Assembly: GCF_024223415.1 (NCBI RefSeq)
Contig: NZ_CP100500.1
DNA: 64,000 nucleotides
Source: Escherichia coli
Lineage (GTDB): Bacteria > Pseudomonadota > Gammaproteobacteria > Enterobacterales > Enterobacteriaceae
Reading direction: 5' to 3' (one strand)
Below the pieces are notes generated by a model. It was not told where the DNA came from, ran no database searches, and saw nothing but the letters and a program-made list of their open reading frames with translations. The position numbers and the translations under genes are program-made. Shown one piece after another: positions 30,507-40,944 of this stretch (the first letter of the stretch is position 1; every line of letters begins with the position of its first letter).

Positions 30507-30554
30507 AAGTGAATAAGTGAATAAGTGAATAAGTGAATAAGTGAATAAGTGAAT
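30507..30554. repeat. 8-bp tandem repeat (aagtgaat) x6 in the 5' leader of the antirestriction gene
   Basis: Six perfect tandem copies at 30507-30554 plus a partial copy overlapping the start codon region (30491-30501). Confidence 0.9.
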
Positions 30555-30594
30555 AGATAAGAGAGAAAAGGCTGCGCCTCTCAGGCAGAAGGCA

Positions 30595-31413
30595 TCAGCG
30601 CATACTCACCAGCAGCGTTTCCGCCATCACCCACAATGCACGATTGAGCTTAATGTCGGTATCAATGCTGTGAATGGCCCGGGTATGGATACGTTTTCCT
30701 TTTGCGCTGCGTCCCTGAAGACCGCCTTTGAGCATATTCTCCTGGATGGTCTGATAAGCACTCCACAGGTCCCTGCCGTAATCCTCCCGGCGTCGTGGTG
30801 TCAGAATGTCGGCGGTGGTGACGGGCTGATGTTCGTCACCATAACGGTAAGTCAGTGCCGCCTGTGCCAGCGCCTGACGAGCCGGTGGTGGTAAAATCAG
30901 CGACTGCATGGCATCACGCTTCTCCTCAATCCGGTCAAACACGCCCACAACCTCGTAAGCCCCTTCGATGACCCTGTCCACCACGTTTCCCCGGTGCGGG
31001 ACACGCACCTCTCCGAGAGACTGACCACAGACACATCCGTTCTGACACACGAACCGGAAGTAACCCGGCAGCATCTGGTAGCTGGAGGTACCGTCATGGG
31101 AGTTCAGCAGGATGATTTCAGGAACGTGCTGTCCGTTTATCTCCCCGTCACGGCGCAGACGCAGCATGTGCTTTGTGTATCCCCGGCGTCCCGGGTCACG
31201 CACGCGGGTCTGGCAGGCAAAGAACGGCTGAAAGCCTTCCCGCTGCAGGCTTTCCAGTACGGTGATGGTGGGGATGTATGTATAGTTCCGGCTCCGGGAG
31301 GTGTGCTTATCTTCCCCGAAAATCCCGGGCACATGGTGCATCAGCTCTTCACGGGTCAGCGGACGGTCACGGCGTATCTGGTTCGCATAACCGAAACGAC
31401 TGGCTAATCGCAT
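30595..31413 (-). CDS. DUF932-domain protein (YfjQ/YafZ family)
   Basis: 272 aa; conserved position and architecture in CP4-like islands. Confidence 0.7.
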   Translation of the reverse strand: MRLASRFGYANQIRRDRPLTREELMHHVPGIFGEDKHTSRSRNYTYIPTITVLESLQREGFQPFFACQTRVRDPGRRGYTKHMLRLRRDGEINGQHVPEIILLNSHDGTSSYQMLPGYFRFVCQNGCVCGQSLGEVRVPHRGNVVDRVIEGAYEVVGVFDRIEEKRDAMQSLILPPPARQALAQAALTYRYGDEHQPVTTADILTPRRREDYGRDLWSAYQTIQENMLKGGLQGRSAKGKRIHTRAIHSIDTDIKLNRALWVMAETLLVSMR

Positions 31414-31597
31414 ACTTTGCTCCTTATCGGTGGTTAATATTTACTGATGTAATAAATGAAAAAGCCGCGTCTCCCGGGGAAGACGCGCCTGATGGATGAA
31501 ATGAATGAGGGTTTACCGAAGTCCTTCAGCATTGAGGTGAAGCAGCCGGAAAGGTGTTACCTGGTCATCGACGGGTCAGGTCAAAAAGCGGGGACAT

Positions 31598-32482
31598 TCA
31601 GAACAGGCGATCCCACAGTGTGACCAGCAGGCGGATAATGCGATCACGGGCTTTGCGCAGAAGCTGCAGCATCCAGGCCGGAAAGCTGAACCGGGCAATG
31701 GCAGCGTCAAAACTCTGGCCGATGGCGTCACCAAAAGCCTGCTGTGCGTGTTGCTGATCCTGCGCAGTGCGCTTTTCATTCCGGATATGCGAATAAACCG
31801 CGCTGGTTGCCTGTGGTGGCAGGGCGTGGATCATCAGAGACACAAATGCCGGAAGATTCCAGCCGGCAGGGGCGGCTATGGGGAGTACCGGAAATGATGA
31901 AGGGAACAGGGTTGCCACCCGGGCTGTCACCGTCGCCAGTGAGAGTTCCTGCTGACGGGATGGCGTGCTGCTCTGGTTGTTCCATTCTTCAGCCGGGTGG
32001 ATGCGATCGGCATGGCTGAGAACAAACAGAAAACGCGAGGGATCGGCACCTTCATTCAGTAAAAACTGATGCATGGCGATGTCGGCAGCATACGCACGTT
32101 CATCAGCCCGCAGGATCCAGATAATCAGATCCAGTTCGGGCAGTAACTGACTGTAAAGTGCCCGGTATTCCTGATCATGCTGTGGTGTTTCGCCAGTGCC
32201 GGGCAGATCGACCAGCGTCATTCTTCGTTCACCGGGCTGAAAGGTAAGACGATGAGCCTGACGGGTGCAGCCGTTCAGCGGATGCGTGGCGCAGACACGG
32301 GACTGAAAAATGGCATTGCACAGGCTGCTTTTTCCGGCACCGGATTTACCCATAATGCCAATAACGGGTTCGTACTGAATGACGCTGCGAAGATGTTCAA
32401 GGATTTTCTGGCGAATTTCTTCAGGAAGAAAGGTCAGATGTGACTTTACGTGTGCGGAGAGGGAAGAATGGCTGAATGACAT
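31598..32482 (-). CDS. YeeP/YkfA/YfjP-family GTPase
   Basis: 294 aa; P-loop IGIMGKSGAGKSSLCNAIF; DLPG G3 motif; typical island GTPase. Confidence 0.8.
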   Translation of the reverse strand: MSFSHSSLSAHVKSHLTFLPEEIRQKILEHLRSVIQYEPVIGIMGKSGAGKSSLCNAIFQSRVCATHPLNGCTRQAHRLTFQPGERRMTLVDLPGTGETPQHDQEYRALYSQLLPELDLIIWILRADERAYAADIAMHQFLLNEGADPSRFLFVLSHADRIHPAEEWNNQSSTPSRQQELSLATVTARVATLFPSSFPVLPIAAPAGWNLPAFVSLMIHALPPQATSAVYSHIRNEKRTAQDQQHAQQAFGDAIGQSFDAAIARFSFPAWMLQLLRKARDRIIRLLVTLWDRLF

Positions 32483-32582
32483 ACCGTTATCCTGTTGATT
32501 TCACTGAACCGGATCACATTAATCCGGCCTATCAGTCAGGTAATATGGACGTGAAAATTTTTCCATTGACGGGAAGAAGAGT

Positions 32583-33806
32583 ATGGCTAAAAACAAAGGT
32601 ATCTGTCGGAATAAAAAATGCAGCAATCCTGTTTCAGAATTTGATGAGGCAAATGCCCTGAGGTTATGTGATGATCATTATCAGTTATGGAAACGAAATA
32701 AAGAGAACCGTCGGGTCAGGAATATTTGTCGTATAATCAGTAAATATGACAAAAGTCTGGACCGGGAGATATTTGACAGAGTAATAGATGCTGCAAGAAA
32801 TCAAACGGGAAAGAGAATTGTTGAGGACGCAAAAATATTACATCAATTGCGCAATTCAAAGCAAGTAAGAAAAAGTCTTCATAATGGAGTACTCCGGTCA
32901 CGGGAATGGCTCAATACACAGGAGTTACTGAGAAGAAAAAATATATCTGTTACAGGTGACTCATTTAAATCTTACATAAAGGATATTGTCAGATTATATT
33001 GCTATAAGTTTCTCTACAGCAGAGAATATCTTAATGAAAACGCATGCAAAAAACAATATCAGAGAGTTATTAACCCCAGAGAATTTAATGTTCCGATACT
33101 TCAACTTGAAGTTGCATGGATCAATAATAATTGCCGTTCAAGTGATTCAAGCTCTGATATTATCATCCTTCCCAGGATGATAAGAAGAATGGTTGTATTT
33201 AATGATACGAAGATAAATAAACAATTAGAGGAAATGTTGGGGGGGATAGCACGAAAAAAAGTCGCAGTAAGGAATAAAGGCGGTCTCTATACCAGAATAA
33301 AAAAAGAAAATGATTTTCGTTCTATGGATAGATTTATGGTGGAAATCGAAAATATCATAAGACCTGAAATATTTCCGACATCAATTTACCCGCCTTTTTC
33401 ACTTTCATTTATCGAGAGAGAATTGCCACTACTGAATCTGGCGCACTCACAGTACAAAAGAGCAATAAGTAAAAAAGTGGCGAATTCAATTTTTTATACT
33501 TTGCGAAAAACTCACGTGGCATTATGGCTGCATCTTGAAATGTTTGCTCTTGTGGCATTCATCAAACTGTATACAGGAAAAGGGTTTGAATTCATGAAAA
33601 ACATGTGTGTATTTATAGATTATGATAAAGGGATAATAAAATCCACGCATGAAGAACTGCTGAGTGAAATTAAGTGTAACATTCAGTTGAATTTAAAGGT
33701 GAATTCTGATAATTTTCCTGAATTAATAGAAGTATACAATTCATGCTTTAGTAAAAATATATTGTTGTATGATGTTCAGGATGATGGTTTTAAATGGTGT
33801 TTATGA
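32583..33806 (+). CDS. AT-rich orphan hypothetical protein with N-terminal Cys/His cluster
   Basis: 407 aa, Lys/Asn/Ile-rich, far lower GC than its surroundings; N-terminal CRNKKCSNP...CDDH could be a zinc-ribbon; no recognisable family. Confidence 0.5.
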   Translation: MAKNKGICRNKKCSNPVSEFDEANALRLCDDHYQLWKRNKENRRVRNICRIISKYDKSLDREIFDRVIDAARNQTGKRIVEDAKILHQLRNSKQVRKSLHNGVLRSREWLNTQELLRRKNISVTGDSFKSYIKDIVRLYCYKFLYSREYLNENACKKQYQRVINPREFNVPILQLEVAWINNNCRSSDSSSDIIILPRMIRRMVVFNDTKINKQLEEMLGGIARKKVAVRNKGGLYTRIKKENDFRSMDRFMVEIENIIRPEIFPTSIYPPFSLSFIERELPLLNLAHSQYKRAISKKVANSIFYTLRKTHVALWLHLEMFALVAFIKLYTGKGFEFMKNMCVFIDYDKGIIKSTHEELLSEIKCNIQLNLKVNSDNFPELIEVYNSCFSKNILLYDVQDDGFKWCL

Positions 33807-35304
33807 TGTGAAAATATTAAATTTATATTACATTTTAATTATCGACAAAAAACACATAAAGAAATCTAAAGGGAATGAGCGTCAAATGAGCTGATATAGC
33901 GCCAGTTTGGTATGGTCATGTGATTTGATGATTAAAGCTTACGGATAATAACACTCCTCTGTGAGCCATATAAATGAGCATGCCATAATCGTCAGTTCAG
34001 AGATAAAACTGACTGAATGATCTTATGTTATAGTAAGCAGTGTTTACCGGATACGATGACTTATCTCTCTCACATCATATGGATTCACTTTCATGGGGTA
34101 AAGCGATGGGACTACAGACGCTGATTATGATGGTTTGCTGTAAAGTTAGCACAAGTTTTTGCTGTACAGAATACGGAGTAAGAAAAATAATTCCAGAGTA
34201 AATCTGCTCTGCTTTTGAACAGAAAAGATTCATGCTTACCGTGAAAAACTGAAACCAACATTCAGTCTGCATGGATGTCTTAAGATGTTGAGAATGTCGG
34301 ATATGGTATTATATACACCTTTTCCATTAGGTCCTTTTATGTTTTCATTAAGTCGTTTTGTATGTATTCCTCCAGTGATTCATTAGTGCCTGTTTACGCA
34401 TTTACACACTTTTCCCATTAATCTCCTTTAAATGTGTTTCATTACGCATTGCTGTACACATTTTTGAACTGATACACATCCAAGTTAGTAAACCTGTCAG
34501 TTCTGATTTTACGTTAACTAAATCAGTTTAATGCTGCTGTAAAACAATCCTTCCTGTTTAAGCAATCAATCTGCTATTCGATTTTACTGATGTGACGTTT
34601 AACCTTTCCTGAGCTTTGGTTGTTTGTGGTTTTTGGTTTGTGTTTCGACGTTAAGCTGAGAAAAGTATCTTTACGCTAAATCAACCCGAACTTTCCTGAG
34701 GTGATCTGACGTTCTTTTCGATGTGCTTACGACGATTCTGTTAAACGACTTTCTGGATGTTTTGATAACAATCAGATTGAGGCATTAACGATTCCTGACG
34801 TTTTGCTTTTTCATGTAAGGTCATTGTTTTCGTCATGATGTGGTTTTTCTTCTTGCATTGCGAAAGTGTGATGATTGGTTTTGGTTTTTTGATTCAGATG
34901 AGATTTACGTTATCGATGGTTAATCGTTTTTATGGTGAGTAGTGAAACGTAACATTTTCGGGATGAGAAAATCGATTCTGATGGTGATGGGGATGATCGT
35001 GTTACGGCGTTATCTGTAAACAGGTTTTAAACGTGTCATTCGCATTCGTGATTGAGTTGTGTGATTAAGCTGTAGGTTTTGGCGTTGTTGTTGATTTGCA
35101 TTGCCAGGAAGCGTTCTGGTTGCGTTTCTGGTGTTTTGTTCGAATGTTCTGTGGATCCTTTTCCCTTCAGGCTTTTCTCGTCGTCCATGTCGTTTTTAAA
35201 TCCATTCATGCTGTTGTTGCGTGTTTTGCTGCTGTGTGCAGGATTATCTTTTCGTTCCGGGATGGTTTGTTCCGTTTCAATCACTCTTAATCAGAGAGTT
35301 GTAG

Positions 35305-35379
35305 CATTGCTTAATGACATGATGCCGTAAAGTTTTACCGCGGTGATTAATGATGTGAAGTCAATCCAAATCAACGGAG
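35305..35379 (+). promoter_or_regulatory. conserved leader motif upstream of Rep-like genes (second copy at 42311-42344)
   Basis: cattgcttaatga...tgtgaag...tcaa...cggag occurs just before the start at 35390 and again about 150 bp before the start at 42494; the 35k copy has an internal duplication of ttaatga. Confidence 0.4.
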
Positions 35380-35389
35380 ATCTCTCATC

Positions 35390-36121
35390 ATGAATCAACC
35401 AATACACAATGCTTACTGGTTATCCCGTTTTGACAGCCTTCTCGACAGTGCCCTGTCGCAGCACCGTGCCGTCTCGTTAATCCGGGTGGATTTACGTTTC
35501 CCTGAGTATATGCCTGTCACCATCATGGATCCCGATCCGGATTCAGCGGTGATTTCTCGTTTTTTCGAATCCCTGAAAGCCAAAATCCAGGCTTACCAGC
35601 GGAAAAAACGACGTGCCAACAAGCGTGTGCGTGCAACCACTCTGCGTTATTTCTGGTGTCGGGAGTTTGGCAAGGAAAAAGGCAGGAAACATTATCACGT
35701 GATATTGCTGCTCAACAAAGATACCTGGTGCTCGCCAGGGGATTTCAGCGAACCATCTTCGCTGGCGACGATGATCCTGGAGGCATGGTGCAGCGCCCTG
35801 CATCTTGAGGCCTGGCAGGGTAATGGACTGGTTCATTTTTCCAGGCGGACGCCTTTCCGTAAACCGACATCATCTGATGCTCGCCCTTCTTCCGATGATA
35901 CGCCTTTGTCGGGTGGATGTTCTGATACCAGGAAGGCTTCAGACAAAAAGCCGGGTGAAGCCGCTGTTCTCTGGATCAAGCGTGGTGATGTGGCAGCGAT
36001 GCAGAAAGCCCGGAAAAGAGCCCGTTATCTCGTGAAAAATCAAACGAAGCAGCATAATGGTTCCGGTCAACGTAATTATGGTTGCAGCCGTGGGCCGGGG
36101 CGTCTGCTGGATGGCAGGTGA
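35390..36121 (+). CDS. YagK/YfjJ-family protein (inovirus Gp2-like, HUH Rep-like)
   Basis: 243 aa; HUH-like motif KHYHVILLL; RBS ggag; preceded by a 1.5 kb noncoding leader. Confidence 0.65.
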   Translation: MNQPIHNAYWLSRFDSLLDSALSQHRAVSLIRVDLRFPEYMPVTIMDPDPDSAVISRFFESLKAKIQAYQRKKRRANKRVRATTLRYFWCREFGKEKGRKHYHVILLLNKDTWCSPGDFSEPSSLATMILEAWCSALHLEAWQGNGLVHFSRRTPFRKPTSSDARPSSDDTPLSGGCSDTRKASDKKPGEAAVLWIKRGDVAAMQKARKRARYLVKNQTKQHNGSGQRNYGCSRGPGRLLDGR

Positions 36122-36631
36122 AGTCTGTAAAACGGTATCCGGTGCCAGGGGGGGGATATCACGGTAAGGGCGTCAGCCAACGTCTTTCGCTCGTATTCTG
36201 ATAACCCGTCCTGAAGTCATGTATCTGCTTCCATTCTCATGTTCATATTTCTCTTACGCTTTCACTGTCTGTCATCGGAAGTACCGATTTATTTTGGTGC
36301 TGCGCACTTACGGCCATTCACGGAAGAGGATTGTGGTGAACAGTAGGAGTCTGGCTGCTGGCGAGGGAAGGTTCAGGACTGGTATGGGGTTTAGTGCTGG
36401 AGGATGACTTTGAATCCCGGATTGACCAGTGAGGGGGCAGTGAGAGGATGCTCTGGTGTAACAGGTCTGGATTACAAAATATAAAACCGGTTGTACACTC
36501 GTAACGGGTAAAAGGATACGGGCAATAACACGTGGTACCCGGTGAGACTGGCTCTTGTATCACATTACCGGGAATATTCTGGCAGGTGAAATGTTCTGAT
36601 AAGAATCATCCTGAGGGAGGATACAACGGAT

Positions 36632-37084
36632 ATGAACGTTATTGACAGCCGCATTCGTGATGTGAAATTTGGTGAAAATGTGAAAGTCGTCATGCCAGTA
36701 AACCTCTATGAATGTGAACTGGGGGATGATGTTTTTATCGGTCCCTTTGTGGAAATACAGAAGGGATGCATCATTGGCAACCGGAGCCGAATTCAGTCCC
36801 ACAGTTTCATCTGTGAGAACGTCATTTTAGGTGATGCCTGTTTCATCGGTCATGGCGTAACTTTTCCTAATGATCTGTTTAAGTGTGGTGGTCCCGATAC
36901 CTCTGCAGAAAGCTGGATACGCATCGTATTAGGTAACACTGTAACAGTGGGTAGTGGAGCGACCATTTTAACAACAGAAATTTGCAGTGGAGCTGTGATT
37001 GGTGCTGGTAGTGTGGTTACAAAGCCCGTGCTGGTAAAAGGCGTGTATGCGGGTAATCCGGCCAGACTTTTGAGAACGCTTTAA
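36632..37084 (+). CDS. hexapeptide-repeat (left-handed beta-helix) acetyltransferase
   Basis: 150 aa with repeated [LIV]-G-x-x-x-x hexapeptides (IGNRSRIQSHSFICENVILGDACFIGHGVTF...); RBS gaggga. Confidence 0.75.
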   Translation: MNVIDSRIRDVKFGENVKVVMPVNLYECELGDDVFIGPFVEIQKGCIIGNRSRIQSHSFICENVILGDACFIGHGVTFPNDLFKCGGPDTSAESWIRIVLGNTVTVGSGATILTTEICSGAVIGAGSVVTKPVLVKGVYAGNPARLLRTL

Positions 37085-37335
37085 TTATTGAATCCAATAT
37101 TAAACCAGACAGACAGTAAACATAATACTGTTCCGGATATCGCTTGCCGCAGGAACCTCCTTAACATTCAGGAAAATAAAGCTTTTATTGCTGCTATGTA
37201 CCATAAGAGACAGAAGTAATTGATTTACCAGTATTACACCTGTTGAAGCTATGGTTATTCACCTTTTATTTTTTGAGCAGCGTATTTATACTTCCCGGAG
37301 CATTGTTTAAATATAATCGCCCGGGATTGATTCGT

Positions 37336-38241
37336 ATGGCTCTTGAACAGGAAATCGCAAACCTTGTAAACGAGTTTGTCGCGGCTGGTCGTCCATCCTG
37401 TCGTGACCAGACCTTTGATGAACGCCGTGCCGGATATATCGCAAGTACTGCTCTGGCCGGCGATACAGAAACCCGCGTAAACATCAGTGATGTGATTATT
37501 GACGATGTTTTATTGCGCATATTTTCGCCTTTAAACGATGATGGGGTGTTATCCGCAATTGTCTATTATCATGGTGGCTGTTTTGTCAGTGGTGGTTTTG
37601 TAACCCATGATAATCAGTTGCGACAGCTTGCTTTCCTGAGCGGTTGTCGTGTCATTGCTGTACAATATCGATTAACGCCGGAACATATTTATCCTGCGGC
37701 ACATGACGATGCTGAACATGCCGCTAATATTGTGTGGCAACACGCAGAAATGTTGAAAGTTGATCGCAACAGAATAACGTTAATGGGGGATAGCGCTGGG
37801 GGACATCTTGCACTGATAACAGCACTGCGGGTTAAAAACATCGGTCAGTGGTTACCGCGAAAATTAATACTTATTTACCCTATGCTGGATGCCACAGCAT
37901 CATGTGATAGTTACAAATTAAACGGTAGTGACTATGTGCTGACAGCAGACACGTTTCTTAGTGGTTATGAGGCTTATTTTTCCGGTCAGGATTTAGAACA
38001 TCCGGAAGTGAGTCCATTATTCAGGAATGATTTCAATGGGTTACCACCTGTTCATGTCATCACAGCGGAATATGACCCATTACGCGATGAAGGTGAGGAA
38101 CTGTTTTCCCGTATGATTCAACAAGGAGTAAAGTGTACCGCCCAGCGTTATCTCGGTGTCATTCACGGTTTTTTCCAGCTTGGCGGCATTAGCCAGACAG
38201 CCCGTAATCTGATGCAGGATATTTGTGGGATTGTTAAATAA
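37336..38241 (+). CDS. alpha/beta hydrolase, esterase/lipase (HSL/Aes-like) family
   Basis: Oxyanion-hole motif HGGCF (YYHGGCFVSGG) and nucleophile motif GDSAGG; start placed at the internal Met MALEQEIANL (track ORF begins at 37243). Confidence 0.65.
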   Translation: MALEQEIANLVNEFVAAGRPSCRDQTFDERRAGYIASTALAGDTETRVNISDVIIDDVLLRIFSPLNDDGVLSAIVYYHGGCFVSGGFVTHDNQLRQLAFLSGCRVIAVQYRLTPEHIYPAAHDDAEHAANIVWQHAEMLKVDRNRITLMGDSAGGHLALITALRVKNIGQWLPRKLILIYPMLDATASCDSYKLNGSDYVLTADTFLSGYEAYFSGQDLEHPEVSPLFRNDFNGLPPVHVITAEYDPLRDEGEELFSRMIQQGVKCTAQRYLGVIHGFFQLGGISQTARNLMQDICGIVK

Positions 38242-38487
38242 TCACGTAACAAGCAGCTACAGGTAAATTAGCTGAGCATGCATCCATCATTTGTCGCTGC
38301 GATGCCAGACTTCCGGATGCTCATATGTTGTTTTACTTTTGTCAGCATAAATGCTGCGTCGGGACTGGTGAATGGAGATAAGCCATTTTATTATCGACGT
38401 CAGAGAACATACTCACAATGTCGGTATGTTTCTGAAATTAAGGGTAAGTTTTGCGCTGATTACAGTATGCGAAGGAGATCTGGCACA

Positions 38488-40080
38488 ATGAATCCCGCTT
38501 ATATGCAATCCCCCCATTTCCCGGCAGATTTAACATACAGATTATTTCCTCGTAAGCTTGCGTATCTCATTGACGACTTATATGAAAGTACCCAACTTCC
38601 GCTGGATCTCATTTTTAATACTGTACTGGCAACGCTCTCACTCTCCTGTCAGTCATTGGTTGACGTTGTTCATCCTCACACCAACATGCCGGAACCCTGC
38701 TCACTTTATCTGTTGACAATCGCAGAGCCAGGCGCGGGAAAAACAACGATAAACAGACTGGTGATGAACCCCTGTTACGACTTTGCCGATCGACTCATTC
38801 AACAATACGAAGAGAGAAACAAAGATTATAAAACTGAACTACAGATCTGGAATACCCGACAGAAAGCTCTTTCTGCCAGTTTAAGAAAGGCTATTAACCG
38901 GGGGTATCCGGGAGAACAGGAAGAAGAGGCGCTGCGTAATCACGAAAGAAATAAACCGACACGTCCGGTTCGACCGAATTTTATCTATGAAGATGTTTCA
39001 CTTAAAGCGCTTGTGGAAGGACTCAACGAGCATCCGGAGGCGGGAGTTATTTCTGATGAAGCGGTAACTTTTTTCAGAAGCTATCTGAAAAATAGTCCTG
39101 GTCTGTTGAATAAAGCATGGAGTGGACAACCGTTTGATTTTGGACGGGCTGACGAGAAATATCATATCACTCCACGCCTGACATTTTCGCTAATGTCCCA
39201 ACCGGATGTTTTTACGGCTTATATAAATAAAAATGATGTACTGGCCAGGGGAAGCGGATTTCTTTCCCGGTTTCTGTTCAGTCAGGTTGTAAGTTCTTCC
39301 TGGATACGTGATTATACGAGAGGTGAGTTCAGAACAATACCAACCCTGGAGAATTTTCATAAAAAGATTAACGGATTTCTGTTAAGCCATAACATTAATT
39401 CCCCCGGCATGAGCACCGAAAGGAAGACATTAAAACTTGCGAAGAAAGCGTTGGGGGAGTGGCAGGAAAACCAGAGTAAGATTGAAAGCAAAGCGCTTGC
39501 AGGAGGGGAGTGGGAACACATCAGAGATATTGTTCTGAAAGCAGGTTCTAATATACTGAGGATAGCGGGTTTATTCACCTTCTATGGCAATAAAGATGCT
39601 GAGGAAATTGAATCAATTGCGCTTTTTAACGCCATGCATCTCATGGACTGGTATCTGGAGGAGGCAAGCGCAATATTTTATCCCATGTCTGAGCGACGCC
39701 AGTTTGAGCAGGATGCCTGTGAACTGTATGCATGGATTATGACCCGAATCAGGCAGAATAACTGGTGTGCTATCAGGAAAACAGATATTGAAAGATATGG
39801 TCCCAATCGACTGAGAAGAGCAGAAAAGCTTACACCTGTACTCAATCAGTTAATTGCTCAGAATTATTTCTGTATCATCAAAATGCGCTCGCATCAGGCA
39901 CTTTATGTTTCTGTTCGTAACAATAATGGTTACCTCCTTCCTTTCGGCACAATGTCTTACGAACCGTTTGATGTTGTACCCTCCTTGTATAGTCATAATG
40001 CGAAAATATATCCCGTTAATATTCCACCGGAATTAATCCAGTCATTTGCGTTACCTTTTTCAGCCTATAACTTATTCTGA
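38488..40080 (+). CDS. DUF3987-like primase/helicase-type P-loop protein (YfjI-like)
   Basis: P-loop AEPGAGKTT; start placed at the Met with RBS aaggag (track ORF begins at 38278); typical partner of AlpA and Rep-like genes in P4-like islands. Confidence 0.65.
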   Translation: MNPAYMQSPHFPADLTYRLFPRKLAYLIDDLYESTQLPLDLIFNTVLATLSLSCQSLVDVVHPHTNMPEPCSLYLLTIAEPGAGKTTINRLVMNPCYDFADRLIQQYEERNKDYKTELQIWNTRQKALSASLRKAINRGYPGEQEEEALRNHERNKPTRPVRPNFIYEDVSLKALVEGLNEHPEAGVISDEAVTFFRSYLKNSPGLLNKAWSGQPFDFGRADEKYHITPRLTFSLMSQPDVFTAYINKNDVLARGSGFLSRFLFSQVVSSSWIRDYTRGEFRTIPTLENFHKKINGFLLSHNINSPGMSTERKTLKLAKKALGEWQENQSKIESKALAGGEWEHIRDIVLKAGSNILRIAGLFTFYGNKDAEEIESIALFNAMHLMDWYLEEASAIFYPMSERRQFEQDACELYAWIMTRIRQNNWCAIRKTDIERYGPNRLRRAEKLTPVLNQLIAQNYFCIIKMRSHQALYVSVRNNNGYLLPFGTMSYEPFDVVPSLYSHNAKIYPVNIPPELIQSFALPFSAYNLF

Positions 40081-40856
40081 AATAAACCAACACAGATGAA
40101 ACGAAAAAAAACAACATTCATTCGAAGGTTGGTGGTAAGGAGTTTGCATATCCTGCATCTGTGCAAATATTCACCAGTTATGGGGCGCGAACGAAAATTT
40201 CTCTGAAAAAATCGCTACGGTAGCAACAGTAGCAGCACATGCACCATGTCTGTTATTTGATTTTGTTTTCATAATGACCTGTTGTCAAAGCTGATTGAAT
40301 ACAGGAGTGTGCGCACTGGTGGAAGAGTGGCTTTCGTTTTTGGTTATTCGAAAGAAAATCGAAATATTGTTTTTAACATAGCTGAAGCTAATCATATAAC
40401 CATATTTTTTGAGTTTTTATATATAACTTTGTTTGATTCTTGTCGTAATGAGTGCTGGCGTATATGACGATGTCGCTCTCTTTCTGAATAACGAAAGGTT
40501 ATCAGTCTTTTACTGACAAGAGATGCTGTTCAGGTTTCAATGGGAGATTGAAGAAAAACGATTTGATATTTTCCGTGAGAGAATGTCTTGTCAGGTTCAT
40601 ATTCATAACGGATAATTTCTTATTTTCACTCATCAGACATGGATAATTTTAATTTAGGTTTATTACTATAATTAGTATCTGTTCCTTTATTTTTATCCAT
40701 CTATCCCTTTATTTTTCATCTATCTATCCTTTTATTATTAGTATCTGTATTTTTATTATTGGCATCTGTCTATTTATTTTTATCATTCTCTCCTCTCTGT
40801 CTTTACTCTCATTGCTCTTACTCTCATTCTGTTATTTCTACTCGTGTTATCGTGTT

Positions 40857-40944
40857 CACTCTATCACTCTATCACTCTATCACTCTATCACTCTATCACT
40901 CTATCACTCTATCACTCTATCACTCTATCACTCTATCACTCTAT
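40857..40944. repeat. 8-bp microsatellite (cactctat) x11 inside a pyrimidine-rich repeat-dense noncoding region
   Basis: Eleven perfect tandem copies; degenerate ~22-bp and ~14-bp repeats lie just upstream (40660-40856). Confidence 0.9.

Noticed and set aside
30507-30554. CRISPR array (also considered for 40857-40944 and 49005-49150)
   Set aside because: The repeats are contiguous 8-bp or ~34-bp units with no unique spacers and no cas genes nearby; they are microsatellites or tandem repeats.
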